This document shows positions 1 to 8,440 of a stretch of 64,000 nucleotides of DNA, piece by piece. The position numbers and the translations under genes were made by a program. Position 1 is the stretch's first letter; every line of letters begins with the position of its first letter. This stretch comes from an uncultured Candidatus Saccharibacteria bacterium (GTDB lineage Bacteria > Patescibacteriota > Minisyncoccia > Phycocordibacterales > UBA5272): positions 30,668 to 94,667 of the forward strand of contig CAZJDZ010000002.1 of NCBI GenBank assembly GCA_964544935.1, read 5' to 3'. Under the pieces are notes generated by a model. It saw only the letters and a program-made list of their open reading frames with translations, did not search any database and was not told the DNA's origin.

Positions 1-82
1 AAAAGAATTATATGCGCACTGAGTGCGTCTACCAATTTCAAAAACTGAGCTAGATTTATAAAGTTGTTCAAAAATAAAATAT

Positions 83-164
83 GCCCGGGTGGCGAAATTG
101 GTAGACGCACTTGCCTTAGGAGCAAGCGAGGTAACTCATGAAGGTTCAAGTCCTTTCCCGGGCA
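83..164 (+). tRNA. tRNA-Leu(TAG)
   Basis: Acceptor GCCCGGG/CCCGGGC, D-loop AATTGGTA, anticodon arm CTTGC-CTTAGGA-GCAAG, long variable arm, T-loop GGTTCAAGTCC; no encoded CCA. Confidence 0.96.
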
Positions 165-218
165 CAACATAAAAAATGAGACATCTTTTGATGTCCATTT
201 TTTAGTTGCGCCCGGGAA

Positions 219-310
219 GCAAGTGACCTGCGTCACTTGCGTAAGGACTTGAATAGGGGTCGCGAAGTCTTATATTTTGTAATCAAAATAGACTTGGTGA
301 CCAAGTCCTT
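219..310 (+). repeat. tRNA-associated structured repeat, copy 1
   Basis: GCAAGTGAC-CTGC-GTCACTTGC hairpin + AAGGACTTGAA (antisense to the tRNA-Leu T-arm) + GGGGTCGCG-hairpin-GTGACCAAGTCC; related copies at 472, 1040 and 15035. Confidence 0.85.
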
Positions 311-471
311 ATGATTTTAGTATATTTTCATAAAAACTTGTAATTGCTGAATGGAAGATTTGATATCCTTTCTATATAACGAGAGTTCAGAAAGTCACGA
401 AATTGGAGCACAAAATAATAAACACCCATTTGTAATCAAAATGGGTGTTTATTATTTTGCGAGCATTATAA

Positions 472-558
472 GCAAGTGACCTGTGTCACTTGCGTAAGGA
501 CTTGAATACGGGTCGGAAAATCATCTGTGACGCAGGAGCTGATTTTGTGACCAAGTCC
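472..558 (+). repeat. tRNA-associated structured repeat, copy 2
   Basis: Same GCAAG hairpin, GTAAGGACTTGAATA, GGGTCG...GTGACCAAGTCC, with a different internal hairpin. Confidence 0.85.
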
Positions 559-617
559 CTTGTCGTAATAGAAAAATGCCCCACCGAAGCGGGGCTTTTG
601 GGTGGGGTGTGGTTCGT

Positions 618-920
618 CTACTTGATCTTGGCTTCATTCAGAAGCGCTTTGGCTGTTTCGATGTGTCCAGCCTGAAGCAGTCCGAAAAGATGTTGGTTGC
701 CATCCTGGATGGAGACAACAAAGTGCTTCTCAAGGTCTCCTTCTGAAAAGGTGACCTGGTAGACACTTTTCGGAAGAAATAGTGACTTGAAGTTGCGAAT
801 TGAGCAACGAACAACCCTCCATCCCTTTTTTTCTGCTTCTTCAAGAAGCAGAGCATACTCCCTGTCAGGTTTTTCGCTTGATGGGACAAGCAGGCTGAGA
901 AGTGCGAGTTCCAAAAACAT
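618..920 (-). CDS. hypothetical protein (orphan, hydrophobic N-terminus)
   Basis: 100-aa ORF, SD GGAGG, own TTGACA/TATATT promoter at 969-996, hairpin at 578-595. Confidence 0.7.
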   Translation of the reverse strand: MFLELALLSLLVPSSEKPDREYALLLEEAEKKGWRVVRCSIRNFKSLFLPKSVYQVTFSEGDLEKHFVVSIQDGNQHLFGLLQAGHIETAKALLNEAKIK

Positions 921-1039
921 TGAGTACCTCCGTAGGTAATAGTTTGAAGACCAAAATTACACAAATATAATATATCATACTATGTACATTTGTCAAGCAA
1001 TTTTCGCCTGAATTTACTTCTCTTTTCTGCTCTTTCTAT

Positions 1040-1106
1040 CGTAAGGACTTGAATAGGGGTCGCGAAGTCTTATATTTTGTAATCAAAATAGACTTGGTGA
1101 CCAAGT
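1040..1106 (+). repeat. tRNA-associated structured repeat, copy 3 (5'-truncated)
   Basis: 67-bp direct repeat of 240-306. Confidence 0.9.
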
Positions 1107-1118
1107 TCTCACATTATT

Positions 1119-1271
1119 TCATCTCATTGGATTTTCTCCTCTGATAATCCTAATGAGGAAAAATACAACCGCGATTATAAGAAGAATGTGGATAAACGAA
1201 CCTAGGATATGGAATCCGAGGAATCCTACAAGCCAGAGAATGATAAGCACTGTTGCAATTGTTGTAAGCAT
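1119..1271 (-). CDS. lmo0937-family (DUF5670-like) small membrane protein, 50 aa
   Basis: Not in the ORF track; manual translation MLTTIATVLIILWLVGFLGFHILGSFIHILLIIAVVFFLIRIIRGENPMR fits the family pattern (ILWL.G...G.FIHILL.IA). Confidence 0.85.
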   Translation of the reverse strand: MLTTIATVLIILWLVGFLGFHILGSFIHILLIIAVVFFLIRIIRGENPMR

Positions 1272-1458
1272 GGTGAATGTTGTGTAGAACTTCTCTTACA
1301 GTACGTGACTAGTTAGAATACATGAAAGAATGAGAAACAGCACATAGTGCGAGATGGGTTCTTGTTAGATTAATAAAACTAAAAGTTCCTCACATGTTCA
1401 GTGTACGCTTTTTACAGGAAATAGTAAGCAAAATTTTTATATACTATAGAAGAAAAAT

Positions 1459-1488
1459 AAAAAAGCGGGGCGACCTTCGTCGCCCCGC
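1459..1488 (-). terminator. intrinsic terminator
   Basis: GCGGGGCGAC-loop-GTCGCCCCGC followed by a U-tract on the minus strand. Confidence 0.8.
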
Positions 1489-1589
1489 ACCATACACCAT
1501 ACAAAAGAAAAAACCCCACATACTGTCATCACGACATGAGTGGGGTCTTGTGTGTTACCTGCATTGCACAGATAACGGTTGCAGTTTGG

Positions 1590-2651
1590 TCAGGCAGCGA
1601 GGGGTTCTCGCTTCGGTTCAAAGACCATGAGGTCGTAGCAGGCCTTGCTTGAGGCGCTGACGACACAGATGCGGCCAGTCGGGTTTCCCTGCGAGTGCTC
1701 GCGGAAAGCAACGGCAAGCGGCGTCTCCCAGGTCTTCCGCGCGGCGGCGACATCAGCACTGCTCTTGTAGAGCGGTACTTCCGTCGGAATCCCCCCGAGC
1801 TTGACCATGATGATGTCTTCTGCGCTCACTGCGAGCGTCATCGTGGAAGGCTTCAGGCCGGCTTGGTTCAGTTCCGACTTGTTGTCGGAGACTTCGGTCT
1901 CGCCACGGCGGACCTTCCTGTCTGTCAGGAAGAAGTAGCTCTTCGAGGCGCCTTCTGCATCAACGATGATGTAGTGTCGATCGCCGATGAGGCGAGGGAG
2001 TTCATCTTCCATGACCGGAAGGCCGCTGCGCTTTTCGCCGGTTGCCGTGTAGGCGACCTTGATCTGGCGGGCCAGCAGCTCTCTCGCGAAAGTTGCTCGC
2101 GCGGCCAGGCGTTCTTCACGTCGGGCATCAACCTCTGCGGTCCGCTGTGCCTGCCTTTCGAGGTGGGCTTGACGCTCGACTGCGAGACGCTCATCCACCA
2201 GGATCTGTTCGTTCTTGGTGAAATTGGGTTCGAGATCGAGGCCACGAGCGATTGCGATCTTCAGGTCGAGCAGTCGCTCGACCGAAGACCCTCCGACGAG
2301 TTTCGTCATGCCATTGACTGTGATCATGTGGGCCGTCTCGAAGTCTTGTGTCGGGAGCACCGACAGCACATACTTCGAGTTCAATCCGACGATGATCGGA
2401 CAGGGTTCGCTGTCGATTTCGATCAGGTCGGCAAACGGTCGGATACCGGAGGTCTGGAAAGTCCAGGCCTTGACGCCGTTCACCATGACCTTTGCCGGGC
2501 GGTAGCCGTCGTCGTCAGCACCGAAGAACTTGTCCGAACGGAACATCTGGAGTTCGATCTTGATGTCGTTGGGCGCCGTCCAAGAATGGACGATCTCGTG
2601 ACCCGCGTGGATCTTGAGTGCCGGCGAGACAGCGATGGTACGGGTGCTCAT
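1590..2651 (-). CDS. hypothetical GC-rich protein, 353 aa, central coiled coil
   Basis: Strong GC3 bias on the minus frame; start re-assigned to MSTRT after a purine-rich SD; own promoter and terminators. Confidence 0.85.
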   Translation of the reverse strand: MSTRTIAVSPALKIHAGHEIVHSWTAPNDIKIELQMFRSDKFFGADDDGYRPAKVMVNGVKAWTFQTSGIRPFADLIEIDSEPCPIIVGLNSKYVLSVLPTQDFETAHMITVNGMTKLVGGSSVERLLDLKIAIARGLDLEPNFTKNEQILVDERLAVERQAHLERQAQRTAEVDARREERLAARATFARELLARQIKVAYTATGEKRSGLPVMEDELPRLIGDRHYIIVDAEGASKSYFFLTDRKVRRGETEVSDNKSELNQAGLKPSTMTLAVSAEDIIMVKLGGIPTEVPLYKSSADVAAARKTWETPLAVAFREHSQGNPTGRICVVSASSKACYDLMVFEPKREPLAA

Positions 2652-2762
2652 AGTGAATACCTTGCCTTTCTTGATGATCAATTCTTTGACCGGATTGTAG
2701 AGAACAACATATAGAAAGCTGGAGGCAACAAAGTTGCAAGCTACCTTACTTTCATGATTACT

Positions 2763-2790
2763 AGTATACACTAATTTATAAAATTGTCAA
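2763..2790 (-). promoter_or_regulatory. sigma70-type promoter
   Basis: TTGACA-N16-TATACT; near-duplicate of 3995-4022. Confidence 0.7.
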
Positions 2791-2961
2791 GTATATTTTG
2801 GCTGGAAAAAGCAATTTTCTATATATATAAAATGGGTATTGAGCTTATTATATATTTCAAAATATAGAAAATAATCAATTTCGTCCCTGATGTATATAAA
2901 AAAGAAAGAACCTCCGAGGAGGTTCTTCACGCTACACATTGCATGCAGTGTTTGCCTTGGG

Positions 2962-3900
2962 TTAGGCAGCCACCATTTCGGTGGACTTCGACAGCTTGTC
3001 CAGCTTGGCGAGGATGTGGTCACGCAGCAGATTCGCATGCGTGAAGTACTCGTCGCCGAGTTCACGAGCAGCATCAGGGATGCCGGTCCCCAAGTCCTCG
3101 CTGTAGATCCAAAGGCCTGTGCGGACCCCATTCTTTGCGAGTGGGTGTTCCTCGGTCATGCTGATGACCGTGATGGTCATCTTCCCGTCGATGGGCTCTT
3201 GGACCACTACACATTGACTGCCTTGGTCGCCGGAGAAGCTGAAGCGACCGACAGTGTTCGAGGTGAACACCTTGATCGGCTTCAGGGTCTTCGTGTCATG
3301 GGTGGGCTTCACAGCCTGCCCATTGGAAGTTGCCAATTGAGGGCCGCCGTTGTGCTTGGAAGCGTTTCTGGCACGCTCTGCCTTGGCGAAGTCAATTTCA
3401 TGTGCGAGGTGTTCGCGCAGGAAGTTGAGCATCTGCTCTTGGATCTCGCCGCGCCAGCCGGAAAGCAGGTTGACCTGATCCGCCGGCTTGAACAGCCAGG
3501 ACAACGGAATGAAGACATCGCGGCACCCGAAGATGCCGAGGATGTCGGTCGCTTCCAGGTGGAGGGTCTCGACACGGTACGTGTCGTACACCAGCTGCCC
3601 GGTTTCGTCCATGTATCCGACGGCGTATTCGCCGTGGATGCCTGCGACCATGTTGCCGTAGAAGGAGCACATGTGCTCCAGCTCTGCCTGCGTGCGGATC
3701 GCCGCATCCTTGCGGGCTTGTTCGGCCAGCGCTCGGGAGCGCTCCGACTCTTGCATCAAGCGGGCAGCTTCACGGTCCTTGTTGGGGCGGTAGGAGGCGG
3801 GGATGGGGCCTTTCGGCTTCTTCGTGGCCACCGGTTCGGCGGTGCCACCCTTCTTGGCTGCCTTGGGTTGCTTTTTGGCTGGAATTTGCTTGCTCGACAT
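2962..3900 (-). CDS. hypothetical GC-rich protein, 312 aa, Lys-rich N-terminus
   Basis: GC3-biased ORF, SD AGGAG, terminator near 2900-2927. Confidence 0.85.
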   Translation of the reverse strand: MSSKQIPAKKQPKAAKKGGTAEPVATKKPKGPIPASYRPNKDREAARLMQESERSRALAEQARKDAAIRTQAELEHMCSFYGNMVAGIHGEYAVGYMDETGQLVYDTYRVETLHLEATDILGIFGCRDVFIPLSWLFKPADQVNLLSGWRGEIQEQMLNFLREHLAHEIDFAKAERARNASKHNGGPQLATSNGQAVKPTHDTKTLKPIKVFTSNTVGRFSFSGDQGSQCVVVQEPIDGKMTITVISMTEEHPLAKNGVRTGLWIYSEDLGTGIPDAARELGDEYFTHANLLRDHILAKLDKLSKSTEMVAA

Positions 3901-3994
3901 TTGAATCTCCTGCGCAATGTTTCAGCGCGTGGTGGATTGAAAGGTTCAACGAGAAAGAGTCTGGGGCTTGCCGCGGACAACTTTCATGTATTAT

Positions 3995-4022
3995 AGTATA
4001 CACTAATTTATCAAAATGTCAA
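3995..4022 (-). promoter_or_regulatory. sigma70-type promoter
   Basis: TTGACA-N16-TATACT. Confidence 0.7.
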
Positions 4023-4100
4023 GTATATAATTGACAAAATACAATAGTATTATTATATTATTTATAATAATGCTTTGTAATATTAGTGGATTTGAGAAAG

Positions 4101-4129
4101 AAAATGCGCGACCCGAAGGGTCGCGCATT
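4101..4129 (-). terminator. terminator of infB-rbfA
   Basis: AATGCGCGACCC-TTCG-GGTCGCGCATT hairpin + U-tract. Confidence 0.75.
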
Positions 4130-4196
4130 CTATGTATTGGTATTGTATTTTTCTACTGTCTATCATCTACAGCGAAGCGATTTATATTCTGCTATT

Positions 4197-4601
4197 CTAG
4201 TTATCTTCCAGCTCGCTTTCTTTTTGTTCAGCAAGGCCAACGTATGCTTGATGTGCAGCCTTATCTTTTCGTAGTAGCTCGTCAACATGAAGACGATTCT
4301 TCTCTCCATAATCAATCTCTACTTCAAAAAATGGAATCACTTTTACAGGAAGCCTCTTCATAACGAAATGACGAAGCTCACTTCTCATACGCTTAGCAAA
4401 GTTAATTGCAGCATCCTCTTTGTTCTCTGGGAGTACAGTAATAAAAATAGTGCCATGCTTCATATCACGAGAAATATCTGTGCGAGTAACGGTGATCATA
4501 GAAGCGCCTGATGATTCACGCTGAAAAAAGTCCTGAGTAATACCGAGCACTTGCTGCTCTACCTGTAACTGGCGTTGTGATTTTGGTACATTTGCATCCA
4601 T
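4197..4601 (-). CDS. rbfA: ribosome-binding factor A
   Basis: ITVTRTDISRDMK...P.FEVEID motifs; directly downstream of infB. Confidence 0.9.
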   Translation of the reverse strand: MDANVPKSQRQLQVEQQVLGITQDFFQRESSGASMITVTRTDISRDMKHGTIFITVLPENKEDAAINFAKRMRSELRHFVMKRLPVKVIPFFEVEIDYGEKNRLHVDELLRKDKAAHQAYVGLAEQKESELEDN

Positions 4602-4677
4602 ATATTATTGGTTAGTGATAGGGTTAAGTGTGTTTTGTCTGCGTAGTCTGCTTTTAGTCTGCGAGGTCTGCGTCTTG

Positions 4678-6195
4678 TTAGATGCGAAGCTTCTCTACAG
4701 TAATTGCTTCAACCATATCAGAAGGAATCATTTCTACTTTACTTTCAATCATGAGACCACACTCGTTACCTTCCATAACTGATGATGTTTTGATCTTTTG
4801 TGACTGAAGTTCAACAATTCTTCCTTTGCCAAGCTCAACACCACGACGAACAATACGAACAAGTGCTCCGTTTTCGATACGGCCAGTTTCAACACGACCT
4901 CCGATAACATGCTTATCTTTTTGTGAACTGAAGTTTCGAAGCACCTTGAGTGTTCCAAGAATAGTTTCTTTTTCTTCAAAAGGAAGACGTTCTTCTACGA
5001 GCGTATCAAACCATTCTGAGAGTTTATAAATAATATCAAAAAGTTGTGGAGTGATGTTGAATCTGTCAGCTTGGTCACGAGCTTTTGCTTCCATCTTAAC
5101 TGCAAATCCGAGAATCACTGTCTTTTCATCAGATGACGCAAGCATGATATCTCCTTCTGAGATATTTCCTACGCCTTCTGCGATGATTTTGATCTTTGTA
5201 TCATCGGTCTCACGCTTTTTGAGTTCTGATTTTACAGCATCAAGAGTTCCAAGTGAATCAGCTTTTATGACAACAGGGATAACTACTTTTGCGTTACGAT
5301 AGATACGAGGATCAAGAACTGTCTTTACTGCGTTTTGTCTAGTCTCCTCTTGAAGTTTCTCCATAATCTTTTTATCAGATGAAGAAACGAAGATAGCCCC
5401 AGAGGTAGGTATCTCATCAAAGCCAGTTACTTTGATTGGTTGGCCTGCATGTGGGTTCTTAATTATTCGTCCTGCGAAGTCTTCGATGATACGAATAGGG
5501 GAGAGTGCTGTGCCAGCAACAATTGCACCACTAGCAGCAAGTGTCCCGTCTTTAAGAACAAGAGTTGCAGAGGTACCACGCTTTGGATCAACAAAACTTT
5601 CAAGGACGTAGCCTGTTGCTTCTGTTGCTAGATTTGCTTTAAGTTCATGCATATCTACAAGGAGAAGAAGTGTTTCAAGAAGAAAATCAACTCCTGTACC
5701 TGCCTTTGCAGAAATTTCAACACAAGGAATATCACCTCCGTATCCTTCGATGTAGATACCATTTTCCACAAGAGAGTTCTTTGTCTTCTGTATATCTGCG
5801 CCTGGCTTGTCTATTTTGTTGATTGCAACAACATACGGAAGCTTATGAGCATCAATTGTTTTCCATGCTTCAAGAGTTTGTGCTTTTACACCGTCTTCTG
5901 CAGAAACAATGAGAATAGCAATATCTGCAATCTCTACACCACGTTCACGCATACTTTGAAAAGCCGCGTGTCCTGGAGTATCAAGAAACGTGATAGGCTT
6001 TGTACTGCCATCCGGTTGCTTCTGGTTAACTTCGTAGGCTGAGATACGCTGTGTGATACCACCAGCTTCGCCGTCTACGACGTTTGATTTTCGAATATAA
6101 TCAAGAAGTGAGGATTTACCATGATCAACATGCCCGAGGACCGCGATGACAGGCTGACGAGAAACAGCTTCTTGTGAAGTGAGCTTTTTTGACAT
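4678..6195 (-). CDS. infB: translation initiation factor IF-2 (short form, lacks N-terminal domains)
   Basis: GHVDHGKS, GEAGGITQ, DTPGH, NKID motifs; start placed at MSKK. Confidence 0.97.
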   Translation of the reverse strand: MSKKLTSQEAVSRQPVIAVLGHVDHGKSSLLDYIRKSNVVDGEAGGITQRISAYEVNQKQPDGSTKPITFLDTPGHAAFQSMRERGVEIADIAILIVSAEDGVKAQTLEAWKTIDAHKLPYVVAINKIDKPGADIQKTKNSLVENGIYIEGYGGDIPCVEISAKAGTGVDFLLETLLLLVDMHELKANLATEATGYVLESFVDPKRGTSATLVLKDGTLAASGAIVAGTALSPIRIIEDFAGRIIKNPHAGQPIKVTGFDEIPTSGAIFVSSSDKKIMEKLQEETRQNAVKTVLDPRIYRNAKVVIPVVIKADSLGTLDAVKSELKKRETDDTKIKIIAEGVGNISEGDIMLASSDEKTVILGFAVKMEAKARDQADRFNITPQLFDIIYKLSEWFDTLVEERLPFEEKETILGTLKVLRNFSSQKDKHVIGGRVETGRIENGALVRIVRRGVELGKGRIVELQSQKIKTSSVMEGNECGLMIESKVEMIPSDMVEAITVEKLRI

Positions 6196-6276
6196 AATTG
6201 GAAGTAAGGGCAATTATACCACATTTTTATAATATTTTCTAGTCTTTCTCTTGGAAGAGCTTGTTAATTTCTCGTG

Positions 6277-6762
6277 TTAGAGTTTCTTTTTTTCGTTTTT
6301 CTCTTTTGCTTCGTCAAGTACATACTGCTCTTCTTCAGTAAGTTCAAATTCTGATTCAAATGCTTTAATAGGTTTTGCGTAGAATGAAGTCCTATCGCGG
6401 TGATGAAGTGAAGAAAGAACAACGCCGTTACCTGTTTCGTCGATGAGTGCTACAGAGAAAGATTGATTACTTGCGCTTGACTCGAGTGCTTTGTAACGAA
6501 TAGAGTGTGCGTTTCGTACAGAGGTTTTGAGGCGATCATCAAGTGAGAGAAGATATTTAGAAATAAATTCATTTTTTTCTTCTACAGTTGCAACACTCGC
6601 GATGCAATTTGTAAGTGTGTCTTCAAGTGTCGCGCCATTTTTGCCTCGAGTAAGAATAGTGATTCTGTGATCAAGATAGAATACATAGATAATGAGGACC
6701 CCAAGAGAAACAGAAAGAGGAAGGGCAGGATTTGCAAAGATGAGTGTGAGAATGTGTTGCAT
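6277..6762 (-). CDS. DUF4446-family membrane-anchored protein
   Basis: N-terminal TM helix; QSFSVALID..GNGVVLSSL..R...YAKP...LTEEE pattern. Confidence 0.75.
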   Translation of the reverse strand: MQHILTLIFANPALPLSVSLGVLIIYVFYLDHRITILTRGKNGATLEDTLTNCIASVATVEEKNEFISKYLLSLDDRLKTSVRNAHSIRYKALESSASNQSFSVALIDETGNGVVLSSLHHRDRTSFYAKPIKAFESEFELTEEEQYVLDEAKEKNEKKKL

Positions 6763-7204
6763 GGCAAGAATTATATTGAAACAAGTAACTACAATAAATC
6801 AAAAAAAAGAATAGTCCTGTGTATAGAGATTGTATCATGTGTATAAAGATGGGTGTGAATAGAGATATATGGCTTAAGTCGCTTTAGGTACAATGCAAGC
6901 CTCACGTTCTTTCTGGGGTATTTTATAGCAACGAGAAACGACATCAGGAACTGACATGGAAAGGAAGTCGCCGTTTTAAAAGTGCAAAGTTGTACGAATA
7001 TAAAATTGATATTGCTGCGCTATAAAAGTTGACAAAAATAAATTATAAGTTGACAAAAGTTCTGTTGTTCATGTACACTGAACCGCGAGTTACTCAAAGA
7101 AACTGCGTTTCTTTACATGAAGTAGAGAAGAACAGAAAGGAGAAAACTTCAGTTCTTTGTGTTCTCGTGGATAAAACTCCCAACGAAATAGAAAGAGATC
7201 TGAT

Positions 7205-7486
7205 ATGCCACCAATGAAACACATCTCGATGATGGCTGCTGCAGTTGCCATGCTGGCGGGTGCTGCCATCCCGGTCTCGGCCAAGTCGACACCGGACACC
7301 CTGAGTGCCCCGGATCTGCCGGCACCCATGCCTCAGCCGGTGATGGTCGCGCCACCGTCTTTCCAGGACTCCGCACCACCTCCTCCGAGCGGCCCACCCA
7401 AGGCTGCCGATGCGGTCGAGGTGATCATGCCGCCTCCGGCTTTCGTCACAACTGACACCAGCCAGGATGATCAAGTGACCCTCTGA
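7205..7486 (+). CDS. small secreted Pro-rich protein (start may be 7214)
   Basis: Signal-peptide-like MKHISMMAAAVAMLAGAAIPVSA; GC-rich; promoter 7050-7079; terminator 7502-7528. Confidence 0.75.
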   Translation: MPPMKHISMMAAAVAMLAGAAIPVSAKSTPDTLSAPDLPAPMPQPVMVAPPSFQDSAPPPPSGPPKAADAVEVIMPPPAFVTTDTSQDDQVTL

Positions 7487-7501
7487 GGCAACTTGGTCCC
7501 C

Positions 7502-7528
7502 AGCCCCACCATCACGGTGGGGCTTTTT
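7502..7528 (+). terminator. intrinsic terminator
   Basis: AGCCCCACC-ATCAC-GGTGGGGCT-TTTT. Confidence 0.85.
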
Positions 7529-7719
7529 ATGTTATATAATGCCGTCTGGTTTTATTGTTATCAGATAAAAAACTTGACAAATACTTTATATATGATAGGG
7601 TGTTTTTTGTCGCTCAAGAACTGAGCGATACGGGCGGAACCATCTTTGGTTCCGCATAGTTGTCAATGTAGCGACCGTTGGTCTCGCAACCACGTTAGCC
7701 ACTACCCAAGGAGAGAACG

Positions 7720-8166
7720 ATGATCAAGAAGATGATGATGTATCTCGCAGCCATGGTTGCTGCCTTCACCTTCGCCGTGCCCGCGGCGTTCGCAGCTCCC
7801 TCCAACACCAACGAGAGCTTCTCGTTCCGTGAGACGGTGCAGCCGCCTTCGGTCTGCTCGTGCAAGTGGAAGGGGTGCACCTTCGGCTGCAAGCCGAAGG
7901 CACTCGCTGATGACCTCAAGGCGCTGATGGCGCAGGAGGTTGCGGTTGCTTCCGAGCAACAACCGGACGGCCGAAGGAAGCCCACGCGCTGCTCGGGCCC
8001 GACGTGCATCCTGAAGGGCTCAGCTGCCGACCCCATGGTCACTTCCTTTGTCGACAGCTTCATGCCGGCCGATTCCCTGGATCCGGACGGCCGAAGGAAG
8101 CCCACGCGGTGCATCAGCAATCCGAAGTGCACCCGTGCCAGTTTGGAAGGCTCCACGTCGAGCTGA
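7720..8166 (+). CDS. secreted Cys-containing repeat protein / candidate multi-core peptide precursor
   Basis: SD AAGGAG, AxA signal peptide, repeated PDGRRKPTRC..C units. Confidence 0.8.
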   Translation: MIKKMMMYLAAMVAAFTFAVPAAFAAPSNTNESFSFRETVQPPSVCSCKWKGCTFGCKPKALADDLKALMAQEVAVASEQQPDGRRKPTRCSGPTCILKGSAADPMVTSFVDSFMPADSLDPDGRRKPTRCISNPKCTRASLEGSTSS

Positions 8167-8217
8167 TCCACGTGCACTGGATGATCAAGAAATCTTTTAC
8201 AGGATGACTTGATCTCC

Positions 8218-8250
8218 AACCCCACCCATCAGGGTGGGGTTTTTCTTTTT
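8218..8250 (+). terminator. intrinsic terminator
   Basis: AACCCCACCC-ATCA-GGGTGGGGTT-TTT; related to the 7502 terminator. Confidence 0.85.
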
Positions 8251-8440
8251 TTATAGATACGTGTATGAGTAGATATTTGAATTATTTTTATAGTTTTTAC
8301 TATTATTGAATACAGTTATCAGCTAATGTTTGTCTTGAAAATTCATAAAAAGTGTATATATAATAATGTTTTTAGTTGATTATAATCATTTGTCAACGTA
8401 AGGTGCTTGACAAATATTTTGTATATGCTATACTACATCT

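Noticed and set aside
219-1106. Possible CRISPR array
   Set aside because: Repeats are 67-90 bp and irregularly spaced, with no uniform spacers and no cas genes
1695-2714. 339-aa plus-strand ORF
   Set aside because: Antisense shadow of the GC3-biased minus gene; promoter, SD and terminators all support the minus strand
2890-3996. 368-aa plus-strand ORF
   Set aside because: Antisense shadow of 2962-3900; starts inside a terminator and has no SD
6895-6975. SRP-RNA-like words (TCAGG...GGAAAGGAAG)
   Set aside because: Helix-8 spacing and the AGCAG partner are missing; no convincing long hairpin
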